Below, piece after piece: positions 38,755 through 50,260 of a stretch of 64,000 nt of DNA (its first letter is position 1; the number at the start of each line of letters is the position of its first letter). The notes beneath the pieces were generated by a model, which made no database searches, had not been told where the DNA came from, and saw nothing but the letters and a program-made list of their open reading frames with translations. The DNA comes from Felis catus (taxonomy: Eukaryota). The position numbers were made by a program, and so were the translations under genes. The DNA lies in assembly GCF_018350175.1 (NCBI RefSeq), contig NC_058373.1, positions 104,534,001 to 104,598,000 on the forward strand, given 5' to 3'.

Positions 38755-39276
38755 CAAACAACAAGATAGTGTTGATGGCCAAAAAAATATATGCATGTGT
38801 AATTTTTTTTCAACTGACAGCAGTCACTAGGAGAAACCAGGAGCAGGCAAGAAAGCTAACAAAATGCTTCACTCTGGGGGACCCACCATGTGTGCGGCAC
38901 TCAGCTTACTGGAGGCTGGGCTTGCTAGAGGATCCAAAGATGCCCACAACACTGCCCTCAGGCAGACAGAGACTCTAAACAAGGAACTGTGATACAGAAA
39001 GTTCTAGAAGAGCAGGATGCTTGCGGAGATCTGGAGCTAGAACCTGAGCTATCAGAGGAAAGCAGGCGGAAGCTTGGGCAACAGCCTCAGGCAGGAGTAC
39101 TTCTGATTTAGGCCTTCCAGGGAGAGGATTGAGAGCACCTTACAAAGCATTTCATTGTTACATTAGTGAAGTAAACAGCCTAGTTCTGCTTTGCCTTGGT
39201 GAAGAAGATCAAGTAGACCCAGGAATATTCTATGAAGCCCTCTCTGACTTCTATTAATTCATATTTAATATATTCT

Positions 39277-39498
39277 TTTTAAAAAGTTTTTAATGTTTAT
39301 TTATTTTTGAAAGAGAGAGAGGCAGAGTGCAAGCAGGGGAGGGGAAGAGAGAGAGGGAGAGAGACCCAGAATCCCAAGCAGGCTCCAGGCTCCGAGCTAT
39401 CAGCACGGAGCCCGATGTGGGGCTAGAACTCACAAACCGTGAGATCAGAACCTGAGCCGAAGTCAGACGCTTAACTGACTAAGCGACCCAGACGCCTC
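39277..39498 (-). mobile_element. Can-SINE
   Basis: Perfect 18-bp TSD tcatatttaatatattct (39259-39276, 39499-39516). Confidence 0.97.
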
Positions 39499-39547
39499 TC
39501 ATATTTAATATATTCTAATCCCAGAAAGATTGCCAAACTACAGAAGG

Positions 39548-39995
39548 TGCAGCGGACACTAGGTCCTGTTGGTAACCCAGCCGTTCCTTTTATTGGCTCT
39601 GTGCTCCCCTCCAGCAGCACCTGTGACTTCTGAGGTTCACCCTTGAGCACTGGAACTACCTCACCCGTACAGACAGCTGGAAGTGCCCAGGAGGTTACTT
39701 ATTACCTCTTCTATCCCAGTGCCCCCACCTGGCAGCCAGTGATATGATGAACAGCGTGTTACGAAAGCCCAGCTTCTTTCCCATGAAGAAGGACAGACCC
39801 TGGAAGAGTTAATGCTCCAGAACTCCCAAGAGAATCAGACATCACTTAAAACCACTTCCTTTCTTGGCTGCTTCTCCATTCCCTAGCCTTCTTCCCTTGC
39901 TGGGAATGCCCCTCCTGGGAGCCTTTCCTTAATAAATCTCTCACACTCAAATCCTTAGCTCAAGACCTGCCTTGAGGAGAACCCACATTAAGAGA
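39548..39995 (+). mobile_element. ERVL solo LTR (LTR16-like)
   Basis: tgcagcggacac start; cctcctgggagcctttccttaataaatc...aaatccttagctcaagacctgc...gaaccc end. Confidence 0.7.
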
Positions 39996-40331
39996 AAAGA
40001 GAAACAAAAATATCCCATGGCCCTAGACGTGTGGTGTCTGGTTTCATTTTGGAGCTCCGTGATCTACTCTGCCCCGAGAATATGTCTAGAACATTCTCTG
40101 AAGTGGGCGGAGTCACAGCATCATGCCCATCCTTCTAGGTCACATACTTCTTCCTAAGTGTTCCATTAGCAGGTGCCCACTCCTAAAGCCCATCACTTCT
40201 TGCCACCAACTTGCAGTTGCTGCCAAGCTCAGTCAAGTCGCCGGGGACAAAGATCCTGCAAAGAATCCACTGGGCCTGGACAGGGGACTCTGTGGCCCAG
40301 TCTGACACCCACATTTAAAAGTGAAAAATCC

Positions 40332-40905
40332 TATGATGCTAAGTAAGTCAGAGAAATAAAAGTACCATATGATTTCACTCATATGTAGAATTTAAGAAAC
40401 AAAACAGATGAACACAGGGGAAGGGAAGGAAAAATAAAATATGGTAAAAACAGAGAGGGAGAGGGGCACCTGGGTGGCTCAGTCAGTTAAGCACCTGACT
40501 TCACTCAGGTCATGATTTGCAGTTCATGGGTTCGAGCCCCGCGTTGGGCTCTGTGCTGGCAGCTCGGACCCTGCTGGACCCTGCTTTGGATTCTATGTCT
40601 CTCTTTCTCTGCCCCTCACCCACTCATTCTCTGTCTCTCTCTCAAAAATAAATAAACATTTAAAAATTTTTTAAAAAACACAAAGAGACAAATCATAAGA
40701 GACTCTTAACTATAGAGAACAAACTGAGGGTTGCTGGAGGGAGGGAGGTGGGGGGAGGGGTAAATGGGTGATAGGCATTAAGGAGGGCACTTGTTGGGAT
40801 GAGTGCTGGGTGTTATATATATGTGACGAATCCTAAATTCTCCTGAAACGAACACTACACTATATGTAAAGTAACTTGAATTTAAATAAAATCTTGGAAG
40901 AAAAA
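40332..40905 (+). mobile_element. Short LINE-1 3' UTR insertion with nested SINE
   Basis: accatatgatttcactcatatg...gagaacaaactgagggttgctggagg...gcattaaggagggcacttgttgggatgag. Confidence 0.9.
40463..40678 (+). mobile_element. Can-SINE within L1 3' UTR
   Basis: ggggcacctgggtggctcagtcagttaagc... Confidence 0.95.
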
Positions 40906-41839
40906 GAATTGAACTGAAAAATCAAGAACTGTAAGTGATTTCAAGAAAAACTGTAATACAAAAAGTGATCTTAGCTCCTTAACCCAAAACTTGTGCCATG
41001 ACATATACTATACATATACTATATACATATACTATATATATGTATGGGTTATACATATACTATAACCCATATGCTCTCTAATGGTTTATTATGGAGGGAA
41101 AATTCAGGTCTTTGGCACTTTCCCTATTAAGCTCACAAAGATATGCTATTGGCCCTTGTGAAATATGTTAAATCAGGACAATATTAACGCTACTAATATA
41201 TAATTGTAAAATAACTCTCTGAAAAAGTGAAAACCCTTCCGGGTATCATTTATTGCATCCATTTATGCTTAATCTACTAAAAGAACTTGCCATATGATTT
41301 TTTAGAGTTGGAAACCAAACAGAAAAAAAGACATGAATAACATATGTCCTTACTTGGATCCTTATCCAGCATGGTAAGCAATATCTAGAAGGTAAGTTTT
41401 ACTCTTTTCACTTAGATTTGGAACAACATAGTTGAGTTAGGACAGAAAAGTAGGCCACCAGCAAAAGCTGGATCCCTTTGTATGAAACAGAGACTTTTAA
41501 CCACACCGCCCCCTCCCACCAAGTAGTTTTCACAATTTCACAGAGCTATTTTAAATTTTCCTTTAAGGAAAACAGAAATTAAAATTTGCCTAAAACATTC
41601 CTCTAAGAAAAAGGCAACAAAGCGTTTTGGACTTGAGTCAGCAATTTATTGCATGAATCCTGTTTAATCTCCATATACTACTTGCAATATATCATTTTGT
41701 TTGTAAGACAAATCACTTAAGAAACATGAACAACAGACCTGGGAAGTGTCAGAGGATTATAGCGCCAGCCATATAAAATGGGAATGAAGCTCAATGTGTC
41801 TGCAATGATGCAAAGCATGAATAGTGAACAGTGTGTAGT

Positions 41840-42058
41840 CTCAGCGGTAGGAGTAGAAATGAGCACAGTTTACGGAATTAGGAAGTTCCAAGTTCTATTT
41901 CCAGCTGTGGAGCTGATGACTTTGAGTGAGTTACCTCACCTTAGTGAGCCTCATTTTTCCGGATCTGTAATGTGGTGTTAATAATCCCTTGCATGGGGTC
42001 AGGGTGTGGATTAAAGGTGATATGTGTATGTAACAAGATGGAGAAAATATTTATTGAC
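41840..42058 (+). mobile_element. MIR
   Basis: gactttgagtgagttacctcaccttagtgagcctcatttttcc..atctgtaa. Confidence 0.7.
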
Positions 42059-42582
42059 CAGGGTTCCAAGATATCTGGGAAAGGTAGACTGGTCTGATAG
42101 GGTTGCCTCCTGTATGCTACCCTCATTTTCAAGAGGAAGAGTTGAAGGGCTGGACACTTCTCAAAGAAACGTCTACTATGAGGAGAGTTCAAAGTAAGGA
42201 GTGCAGGCTGGGCAGTGTTGGAGTTTAGAGGAACTTAGAGAATATCTCCATGGCATGGAATAGTCAAAAGTTTCTTAGAGAAGTCACAGAAAACAATATC
42301 CATAAACAAAAAATTACATATTAGACTTAATCAAAATTAAGAATTTCTGTTCATTAAAGGATACCATTAGGAAGTTTAGTAGGTAAGCCATAGACTGAAA
42401 GAAACATAGCCAACAAATGACTGATATCAATGAAACAATAAAGAACTCCGTAAACAACCCCCCAAAATGGGCAAAAAATTTGGACACTTTATAAAACAAG
42501 ATCTATAAATGGCCAATTAATCCACACACATGTAGTGAACATCATTAGTAATCAAAGAAATGCAAATTCAAACCACAGTAAG

Positions 42583-42808
42583 GGGGGTGCCTGGGTGGCT
42601 CAGCCAGTTGAGGGTCCGACTCTTAATTTCAGCTCAGTCACCATCCCAGTGTCATGGGATCCAGCCCCATGTAGAGCTCCTTGCTGAGCATGGAGCCTGC
42701 TTAAGATATTCCCTCCCTCCCTCCCTCTCTCTCCCCCCCCCCCACCCTGCCCCTCTCTCCTGCTCATTCTCTCTCTCTCTCTCTCTCAAAAAAAAAAAAA
42801 AAAAATTA
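42583..42808 (+). mobile_element. Can-SINE
   Basis: TSD aaaccaca(g/a)taa. Confidence 0.95.
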
Positions 42809-43218
42809 AAACCACAATAAGATACCACCACAAAAGCTTCCAGAAGAGCTAAAATGAAAAAGACTGACATCATCAAATGTTGACAGTGATACAGAAATTG
42901 GACCTCTCCTACATACTGGGAGAATATATAATGACACAATCCTTTTGGGAAAAGGTTTGGCCATTTTCAAAAGAACACCAAACATATGCCTGCCTTACGA
43001 CCTAGCAATTTTACTCTAAGGTATCTACCAAGGATTTTCATAGCACTTTTACTCGTGATAGCTGAAAAACCTGGGCACAGTCCCGAAGAATGGAGAAACA
43101 GACTGTGGAACAATGGAATACTACTCAGCAATAAAAGAAAAAGAATTACCGATGAATGCGACAAAGCAAGTGACTCTCAAAAACATGTGGAGACAAAGAG
43201 GCTTGACTACATACTGTA

Positions 43219-43635
43219 TGTTAAGAACTGTGAATGGTTGGAGACTTTATTTACCCCATTTGGGAGCCAACCAGCCTTGCCACCTTTTCACGGATGCTGG
43301 TAAAAGAAACAGGGTTCCTGGGTCAGTGACAAATGACTGTAGTACTCGCAGCTATAGCAACAGCTAGAGCATCAGCATTTTCCTGCACAGGTCCCCAAAC
43401 CCAATTCCCACAGCTGCACATGCAGTGGAGACCCTGGGCTTGGCGAAGCTGCATCCTTTATAGTGGGCAGCGAGCGTTTCTGCTCTTTGCTCATGAGGTA
43501 GATGTGATCTCTGCATTTCAAAGCCACCTGATAAACAAACATCCTTGAAAAGAGCCCAGGACAAAGGCCATCAGTGCCTGTGGTAGCCACGTGTGCAGAA
43601 ATGCAAGCAATCTGTGAATAGAATTGTATCCCGTA
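43219..43635 (-). mobile_element. ERVL solo LTR (LTR40-like) inserted in L1M
   Basis: Minus strand reads gcatttctgcac...ggcactgatggcctttgtcctggg...ttttcaaggatgtttg and ends ttcacagttcttaaca; host L1 resumes after it. Confidence 0.75.
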
Positions 43636-44179
43636 TAATTTCACTTACATGAAACTCTATAGAAGGCAAGTCATTTATGGCAGAAAGGTTTTCTTGTGGT
43701 GTGGAGGCAGGGGAGGGAGGGGGTCATGGAAGGGAACTTTCTGAGGTAGTGGTAATGCTCTACATCTTGATAGGATTGGGGGCTATATAAGCGTATAAAT
43801 TTGCCAAAACTCAGTGAAAACACACTTAAGATTTGTGTATTTCAGTGGGGGCAAATTTTACATCAAAAGAAAAAAGTACAAATACTGAACTTTAATTAAG
43901 GATATGCATGCCAAAGTGCTTGGAGGGGATGTATACTGTCTGCGATTTACTTTGTAAAACACTGAAAATAAACTGGATTAACAGATCAATAAAGAGATGA
44001 ATACATGGAAAGCTATGCATAAAGCAAGCACAGTACAATGTTAACAGTAGAATCCAGGTGGTGCTTTTACAGATGTTTGCTGTAAAATGCTTTCAACTTT
44101 ACTGTCTGTTTGAAAATATTTAAAACGAAAATGTTGATGAAAAAATGAAAGTCTACTAAAAGGATAAAAAGAAAACATG

Positions 44180-44590
44180 GATAAACATGAGGAGATGGCC
44201 TTTCTAAATCAAACAACAACAAAAAAATCATAAAAGGAAAAATTGATAGAGATGATGACTACATAATTTTTTAAACTCACACATAGGCAAAATGCACTTC
44301 TACCCCCCCCCCCCCCACCCATGCACACATAGTCAAGTGGTGAAAATTCATGAAGAGTTCCAACAAATCAAAAAGAAAAAAGATTAATACCAATAGAAAA
44401 TTGAGCAAGGGTCATGAACAGGCAACTCACAAGAAAAGGATGCAAAAGTCAATAATCTATTACAAACACAATGTGCAGCATTATTAGTAATCAGAGATGC
44501 AAATTAAAACATCAATGAGATGCCAGTTTTTGCCTGTTTGATTGGCAAATAACTTTTAAATGACCATACCCTATGTTGGCGCGGACATAA
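44180..44590 (+). mobile_element. Ancient L1M fragment
   Basis: caatagaaaattgagcaagggtcatgaacaggcaactcac...gatgcaaattaaaacatcaatgagatgcc. Confidence 0.7.
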
Positions 44591-45232
44591 GGCTGATTAA
44601 CTGCCCAGACTGACTCTCAACTCCTCCTCTTAATGAACTGAATGACCATGGGCAGGGTACCTAATCTTTCTGTGTCTCAGTGTCCTCATCTATAATGTGA
44701 GAAAAATAATATTATCTATTAAGTTAATATACTACACTTCAAAACTGTATCTGGGCACAGAGAATATGGCAATAGTCCAAATAAAAAAAAACAAACTAAA
44801 GCAAAATAAAACTCAGTATGAAAATTTTGGGGAAGGTCAGAGCACAGAACCCACAAGATCCAAATCATGAGCTCAATCACTGTGAGAGGGACTCTGTTCT
44901 ATGATGAAAAAGAAATACTTCAAATATGGTTCAGATAAAGATATGACTAACTCTTTTTTGAGGATTTTAAATGTAAAACTGTTGTATTATTATTTTCCTA
45001 GAGTAAAGCATATACTTGAGCTAACAGAAAATAATGCACATCTTAAAGAAACCTTCACAAAGTCACATTTGAATTTTTTCCTTTCACAAACAAGATAGAA
45101 CAAAAATCATCAAAATTATTTCCATGGGAGACTTCCACCATTGTGGCAAGTTATAAGAAAAAAAAACAATAAAATAGGAGGAAAAGATACTTTTAAAAGG
45201 TGGATTTATTATTTTTTAAATTTATTATTATT

Positions 45233-45446
45233 ATTATTATTTTCAACGTTTATTTATTTTTGGGACAGAGAGAGACAGAGCATGAACGGGGGAGGGGGAG
45301 AGAGAGAGGGAGACACAGAATCAGAAACAGGCTCCAGGCTCTGAGCCATCAGCCCAGAGCCTGACGCGGGGCTCGAACTCCCAGACCGCGAGATCGTGAC
45401 CTGGCTGAAGTCGGACGCTTAACCGACTGCGCCACCCAGGCGCCCC
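45233..45446 (-). mobile_element. Young SINEC_Fc-type Can-SINE nested in the tail of an older SINE
   Basis: TSD aaatttattattatt at 45218-45232 and 45447-45461. Confidence 0.97.
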
Positions 45447-45508
45447 AAATTTATTATTATTTTATTTTAGAGAGAGAATGAGAGCATGAGCTATCGGGGG
45501 AGAGGGTC

Positions 45509-46057
45509 AAAGGGAGAGGGAGGGAGAGGGAGGGAGAGGGAGGGAGAGGGAGAGGGAGAGAGAGGAGGGAGAGAGAGGGAGAGAGAAAAGGGAGAGAGAG
45601 GGAGAGAGAGGAGGGAGGGAGAGGGAGAGAGAGGGAGGGAGAGGGAGAGAGAGGGAGGGAGAGGGAGAGAGAGGGAGGGAGAGGGAGGGAGAGGGAGGGA
45701 GAGGGAGAGAGAGAGGGAGGGAGAGGGAGGGAGGGAGAGGGAGAGAGGGAGGGAGGGAGAGGGAGAGAGGGAGGGAGGGAGAGGGAGGGAGGGAGAGGGA
45801 GAGAGGGAGGGAGGGAGAGGGAGAGAGGGAGGGAGAGGGAGAGAGGGAGGGAGGGAGAGGGAGGGAGGGAGAGGGAGAGAGAGAGAGGGAGGGAGGGAGA
45901 GGGAGAGAGGGAGGGAGGGAGAGGGAGAGAGGGAGGGAGGGAGAGGGAGAGAGGGAGGGAGGGAGAGGGAGGGAGAGGGAGAGAGAGGGAGGGAGAGGGA
46001 GAGGGAGAGGGAGAGGGAGAGGGAGAGGGAGAGGGAGAGGGAGGGAGAGAGAGAGAA
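45509..46057. repeat. 549-nt homopurine (GGGA/GGGAGA/GA)n tract
   Basis: Only G and A on the + strand over the interval. Confidence 0.97.
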
Positions 46058-46201
46058 TTCTAAGCAGGCTCCATGCTCAGTGCAGAGCCTGACACAGGCT
46101 CAATCCCATGACCCTGGGATCACCACCTGACCTGAAATCAGGAGTCAGAGGTTTAACTGACTGAGTCACCGGGGCGCCCTTACAAAGCTGGATTTTTTAA
46201 A

Positions 46202-47293
46202 TGTTAGCAATATCTCAGACCTAGATCAACTGTGGGGCTATTTCCAGGATCACCTTCTCCCCTGCCATCACAGAGACTCTGGGCATTATCAGTGCCTGGG
46301 TCTGGGAGGCCACTTCTGCCTAGCTGTTTCAGGGCTGGATACATACCTGCCTGGGGGCCCCAAGCATTGTCTCCCAGTTAGAATCACAGACATTTCTCTT
46401 CCCTGACCAATGTCTAGGCTGCATTCGACTACATTTCCTCTTTTTTCTACATCTTAGTGACCTAATTTTCTGTCACTTTATTTTTAAAACTAGTCCACTC
46501 CAGTTTTAAAATGTTAGTCTAATACCTTCAGCCCCCTCCCCCATCATAGACTGGAGCAGACAGGCCTTCACGCAGGGGCAAGAGAAGGCATGCCTACCCC
46601 TGAGATTCTTCCCCTCCCACCAGCATCTGATGGTAACCAAGTGAACCAGAACACAAACCACAGCCAGTTCCCATTGTCAACCAGTCACCCCTATGTGATA
46701 TTCTTACCTCATCTGTTCACCTCTTAGCCCAACCCCAGAGGAGCTGAGTTTGGATGGGGGCGATTATTTTTGTGGGGAGGGTGTTCATTTTCCATCTAGG
46801 TTGCTCCATCAGAGGGGCACCTGGGTCTCCCTGTAACTCCTCTTCATTATTTCCTGTACTCCTGCGGGAGCCAGAGAAATCAGCATATCTCTCTTCTTTC
46901 AGAGCCTTGGAGAACTGCAGGGGCGGAGGATGGTTGGCAATGTCTCCTTCCTACACCTCATGCCTCTGTGAGCACAGGCTGTTCTGCGGGCCTCTCTAGA
47001 CCAGGCATGGGCCCTGGGCTTATCCTCACACCCTTAGCCTTCTTGGTCCTCCAGGGGCACCCGGACAATTCTTCCCAGCCTCTCTCCTGCGAGACACTAA
47101 AATGGGTCTGCGGATTGAGTACAAAACCGCATGGAAGAAAGAATGTTCCCTCTGTCTCTCTCACAGGGGTCTCTCCAGGATTAGAGGGTTTGTGGGCGGA
47201 TTCTGTAGCTCCTTTTTTAGCTGCTGGGGAAAGGGTTACAGAGGGTGGAAGACGTCTAGCCCCAGTGGTGGCTGGCTCATGGGACACTTAACA
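46202..47293. mobile_element. Putative ancient solo LTR (family not identified)
   Basis: About 1.1-kb GC-richer block starting tgttag and ending ttaaca; no clear TSD. Confidence 0.3.
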
Positions 47294-47373
47294 ACATTTG
47301 TTTTGAGCTTTAAACTGTAAATCGGGATAATGTGAAAATTCCCACTTGATATTACATGAGCATGCATATTTCT

Positions 47374-47834
47374 AGTTTGCTTAAGTTTTTATTTAAATTC
47401 CAGTTAGGTAACAGACAGTGTAATATTAGTTTTTTATAGTGTTTATAGTTTTAGTTTTATATAGTTAATAGTTTTATTTATAGTTTATAGTTTATAGTTT
47501 TATATAGTGTTTCAGCACTTTCATACAACAACTTGGTGCTCATCACAAGTGCTCTCCCTAATCCCCATCCCCTATTTAACCCACCTGCCATCCTCCTCCT
47601 CTCTGGTAATCATCAGTTTGTTCTCTATAGTTAAGAGTCTGTTTCTTGGTTTGCCTCTCTCTCTTTTTTTCCTATACTCATTTTCTTTGTTTCTTAAATT
47701 CCAGATTTGACTGAAATTATATGGTAAATGTCTTTCTCTGACTGACTTATTCTGCTTAGCATAATACTCTAGCTCCATCCATATCCTTGAATGTGACAAG
47801 GTTTCATTCTTTTTGATGGCTGAGTAATATCCTG

Positions 47835-47870
<36 letters not shown>

Positions 47871-49680
47871 GTATATATGTATATATACATATATATAAAT
47901 ATATATATAATATATAAACATATAATGTAAATATATATAAATATAAATATATATAATATAAATATATAAATATAAATATATATAATCACATCATCTTTAT
48001 CCATTCATCAGTCGATGGACATTTCAGCTGTTTCCATAATTTGGCTATTGTAAATAATGCTACTATAAATACCAGGGTACATGTATCTCTTTGAATTAGT
48101 ATTTTTTCATCCTTTTGGTAAATACCTAGTAGTGCACTTGATGGATCATAGGGTAGTTCTATCTTAAACTTTTTGAGGAACCTCCACACAGTTTTCCAGA
48201 GTGGCTGCACCAGTTTGCATTCCCTCCTACAGTGCAAGAGGGTTCCCCTTTCTCCACATCCTCACCAACATCTGTTGTTTCCTGTGTTGTTGATTTTAGC
48301 CATTCTAACAGGTGTGAGGTGATAGCTCATTGTAGTTTTGATTTGTATTTCACTGATGATGAGTGATATTAAGCATTTTTTATGTGTCTGTTGGCCATCT
48401 GGATGTCTTCTTTGGAAAAATGTCTATTCATGTCTTCTACCTATTTTTAATTGGACTATTCATTTTTTGGGTGTTGAGTTTTATAAGTTCTTTATTGGAT
48501 ACTAACCCCTTATCAGATATGTCATTTGCAAATATCTTCTCCCATTCCGTTGTTCGCCTTTTAGTTTTGTTGATAGTTTCCTTCACTGTGCAGAAGCTTT
48601 TTATTTTGATGAAGTCCCAATAGTTCATCTTTGTTTTTGTTTTCCTTGCCCCAGGAGACATATCTAGTAAAAAGCTGCTATGGCCAACATTAAAGAGGTT
48701 ACTGCTTGTGTTCTCTTGTAGAATTTTAAAGGTTTCATCTCTCATAGTTAGGTCTTTGATCAATTTTGAGATTTTCCTCTATAGCCAGGAATAAGACAGG
48801 GAGATCCACTCTCACCACTGTTATTTAACATAGTACTAGAGGTCCTAGCCACAGCAATCAGACAACAAAAAGAAATAAAAACAATAAAGAAATAAAACTT
48901 TCACTATTCACAGACAACATGATACTTTATACAGAAAACCTGACAGACTCTACCAAAAAATTGCCAAAACTGACACACAAATTTAGTAAAGTCTCAGGAT
49001 ACAAAAGCAATGGACGGAAATTTGTTGCCTTTCTATACACCAATAGTGAAACAGCAGAAAGAGAAATTAAGGAATCAATCCCATTTACGGTTCCACCAAA
49101 AATGATCAGATACCTAGGAATAAGCCTAACCAAAGAGGGGAAAGACCTGTACTCTGAAAACTATAAAATACTGATGAAAGAAATTGAGAGGACACAAAGA
49201 AATGGAAAAGCATTCTAAGCTCATGGATTAGAAGAATATTGCTAAAATGCCTACACTACCCAAAGCAGTATGCATATTTAATGCAATCCCTATCGATACA
49301 CCAACAGCTTTTTTCACAGAGCTAGAACAAACAACCTAAAATTTATATAGAACCACAAAATACCCTGAATAGCCAAAGCAACTTTGAAAAAAAAAAAAAA
49401 AAAAGCAGAGCTGGGGGCATCACAATTCCAGACTTCAAGTTATATCACAAAGCTGTAGTGATTAAGACAGTATGATACTGGCCCCAAAATAAACGCATAG
49501 ATCAATAGAACAGAATAGAAAACCCAGAAACGAACCCACAACTATGTGGTCAATTAATCTCCAACAAAGCAGGAAAGAAAATCCCATGGGAAAAAGCTAG
49601 TCTCTTCAACAAATGATGCTGGGAAAAGTAAACAGAAACATACAAAAGAATGAAACTGTACCACTTTCTTACACCATACA
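47374..49680 (-). mobile_element. LINE-1 with 5' inversion (twin priming)
   Basis: 3' part antisense 47374-48770, 5' part sense 48771-49680; degenerate TSD at 47354-47373 and 49678-49697. Confidence 0.92.
47834..47985. repeat. (TG)n/(TA)n low-complexity expansion inside L1
   Basis: Directly visible. Confidence 0.95.
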
Positions 49681-50162
49681 TGTCCACGTATATTTCTTCC
49701 AGAAAAGTGGATAAAAAAAAGTATGGATGAATCAGTATACATTATCTGAGAAGCAGATTTTCAAAATGCTGTAAAAGGGGTGGGTTAGTTATATCTTTAT
49801 TGGAAGTAAGGGCAAGCAGTATTATTATTAACTCTGAGCAAAGATAAAGATGTTGGACAGAACTTTGGGCCTCCAGGAGGTCTCTGGTAGTTTCTGTTGC
49901 TGGATTTGCCCTACCCGGCTGATTAGAAAGTCACAGTCACACGGGAAATCAAGTACAAACATATAGTGCTCACTCGACCTGACCACCAGAGATTATACCC
50001 AAATTGATTTTAGTGACTAAAGGGATTTGGAGAAGAGAGCAGAGAATGCCCTTTGGTTAGAACAATTGTAAAAATTTTTGGCTTGAGGCATCATTGGCGA
50101 AGGGGTGATTTTTCTTCAAGTATTACTTTTTTCAGTACTAAAGCTCATTTGATTAAAACAAA

Positions 50163-50260
50163 ATTTTTTTAAAGTAAACTCTACCCCCACTTGGGGCTTG
50201 AACTCATGACGCCAAGATCAAGACTCTCGAACTCTACCAACTGAGCTAGCCAGGCACCCC
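50163..50260 (-). mobile_element. Short tRNA-like Can-SINE (no CT segment)
   Basis: Minus strand ggggtgcctggctagctcagttggtagag...gagttcaagcccc...gtagagtttactttaaaa. Confidence 0.88.

Larger units (their letters stand above)
42240..44150 (+). mobile_element. Ancient L1M (ORF2 end and 3' UTR), interrupted by a SINE and an LTR
   Basis: caaaattaagaatttctgttcattaaagg..., gaaatgcaaattcaaaccac, caatggaatactactcagcaataaaa, L1M-type 3' UTR. Confidence 0.85.
45205..46179 (-). mobile_element. Older Can-SINE inflated by a purine tract and a nested SINE
   Basis: Head at 46058-46179 (aagcaggctccatgctcagtgcagagcc...ggggcgccc); degenerate TSD aaaaggtggattt / caaagctggattt. Confidence 0.9.

Noticed and set aside
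45486..46130. 214-aa Arg/Glu/Gly-rich ORF
   Set aside because: Translation of a purine-only repeat (which cannot contain stops) inside a SINE; not a gene
47430..47510. tttatag repeat array and other short repeats as a possible CRISPR-like array
   Set aside because: Slippage microsatellite within an L1 3' UTR; no repeat-spacer periodicity; mammalian DNA
50163..50260. tRNA-like sequence with A and B boxes
   Set aside because: Has the Can-SINE head and A-rich tail and no proper acceptor stem; a short SINE, not a tRNA gene
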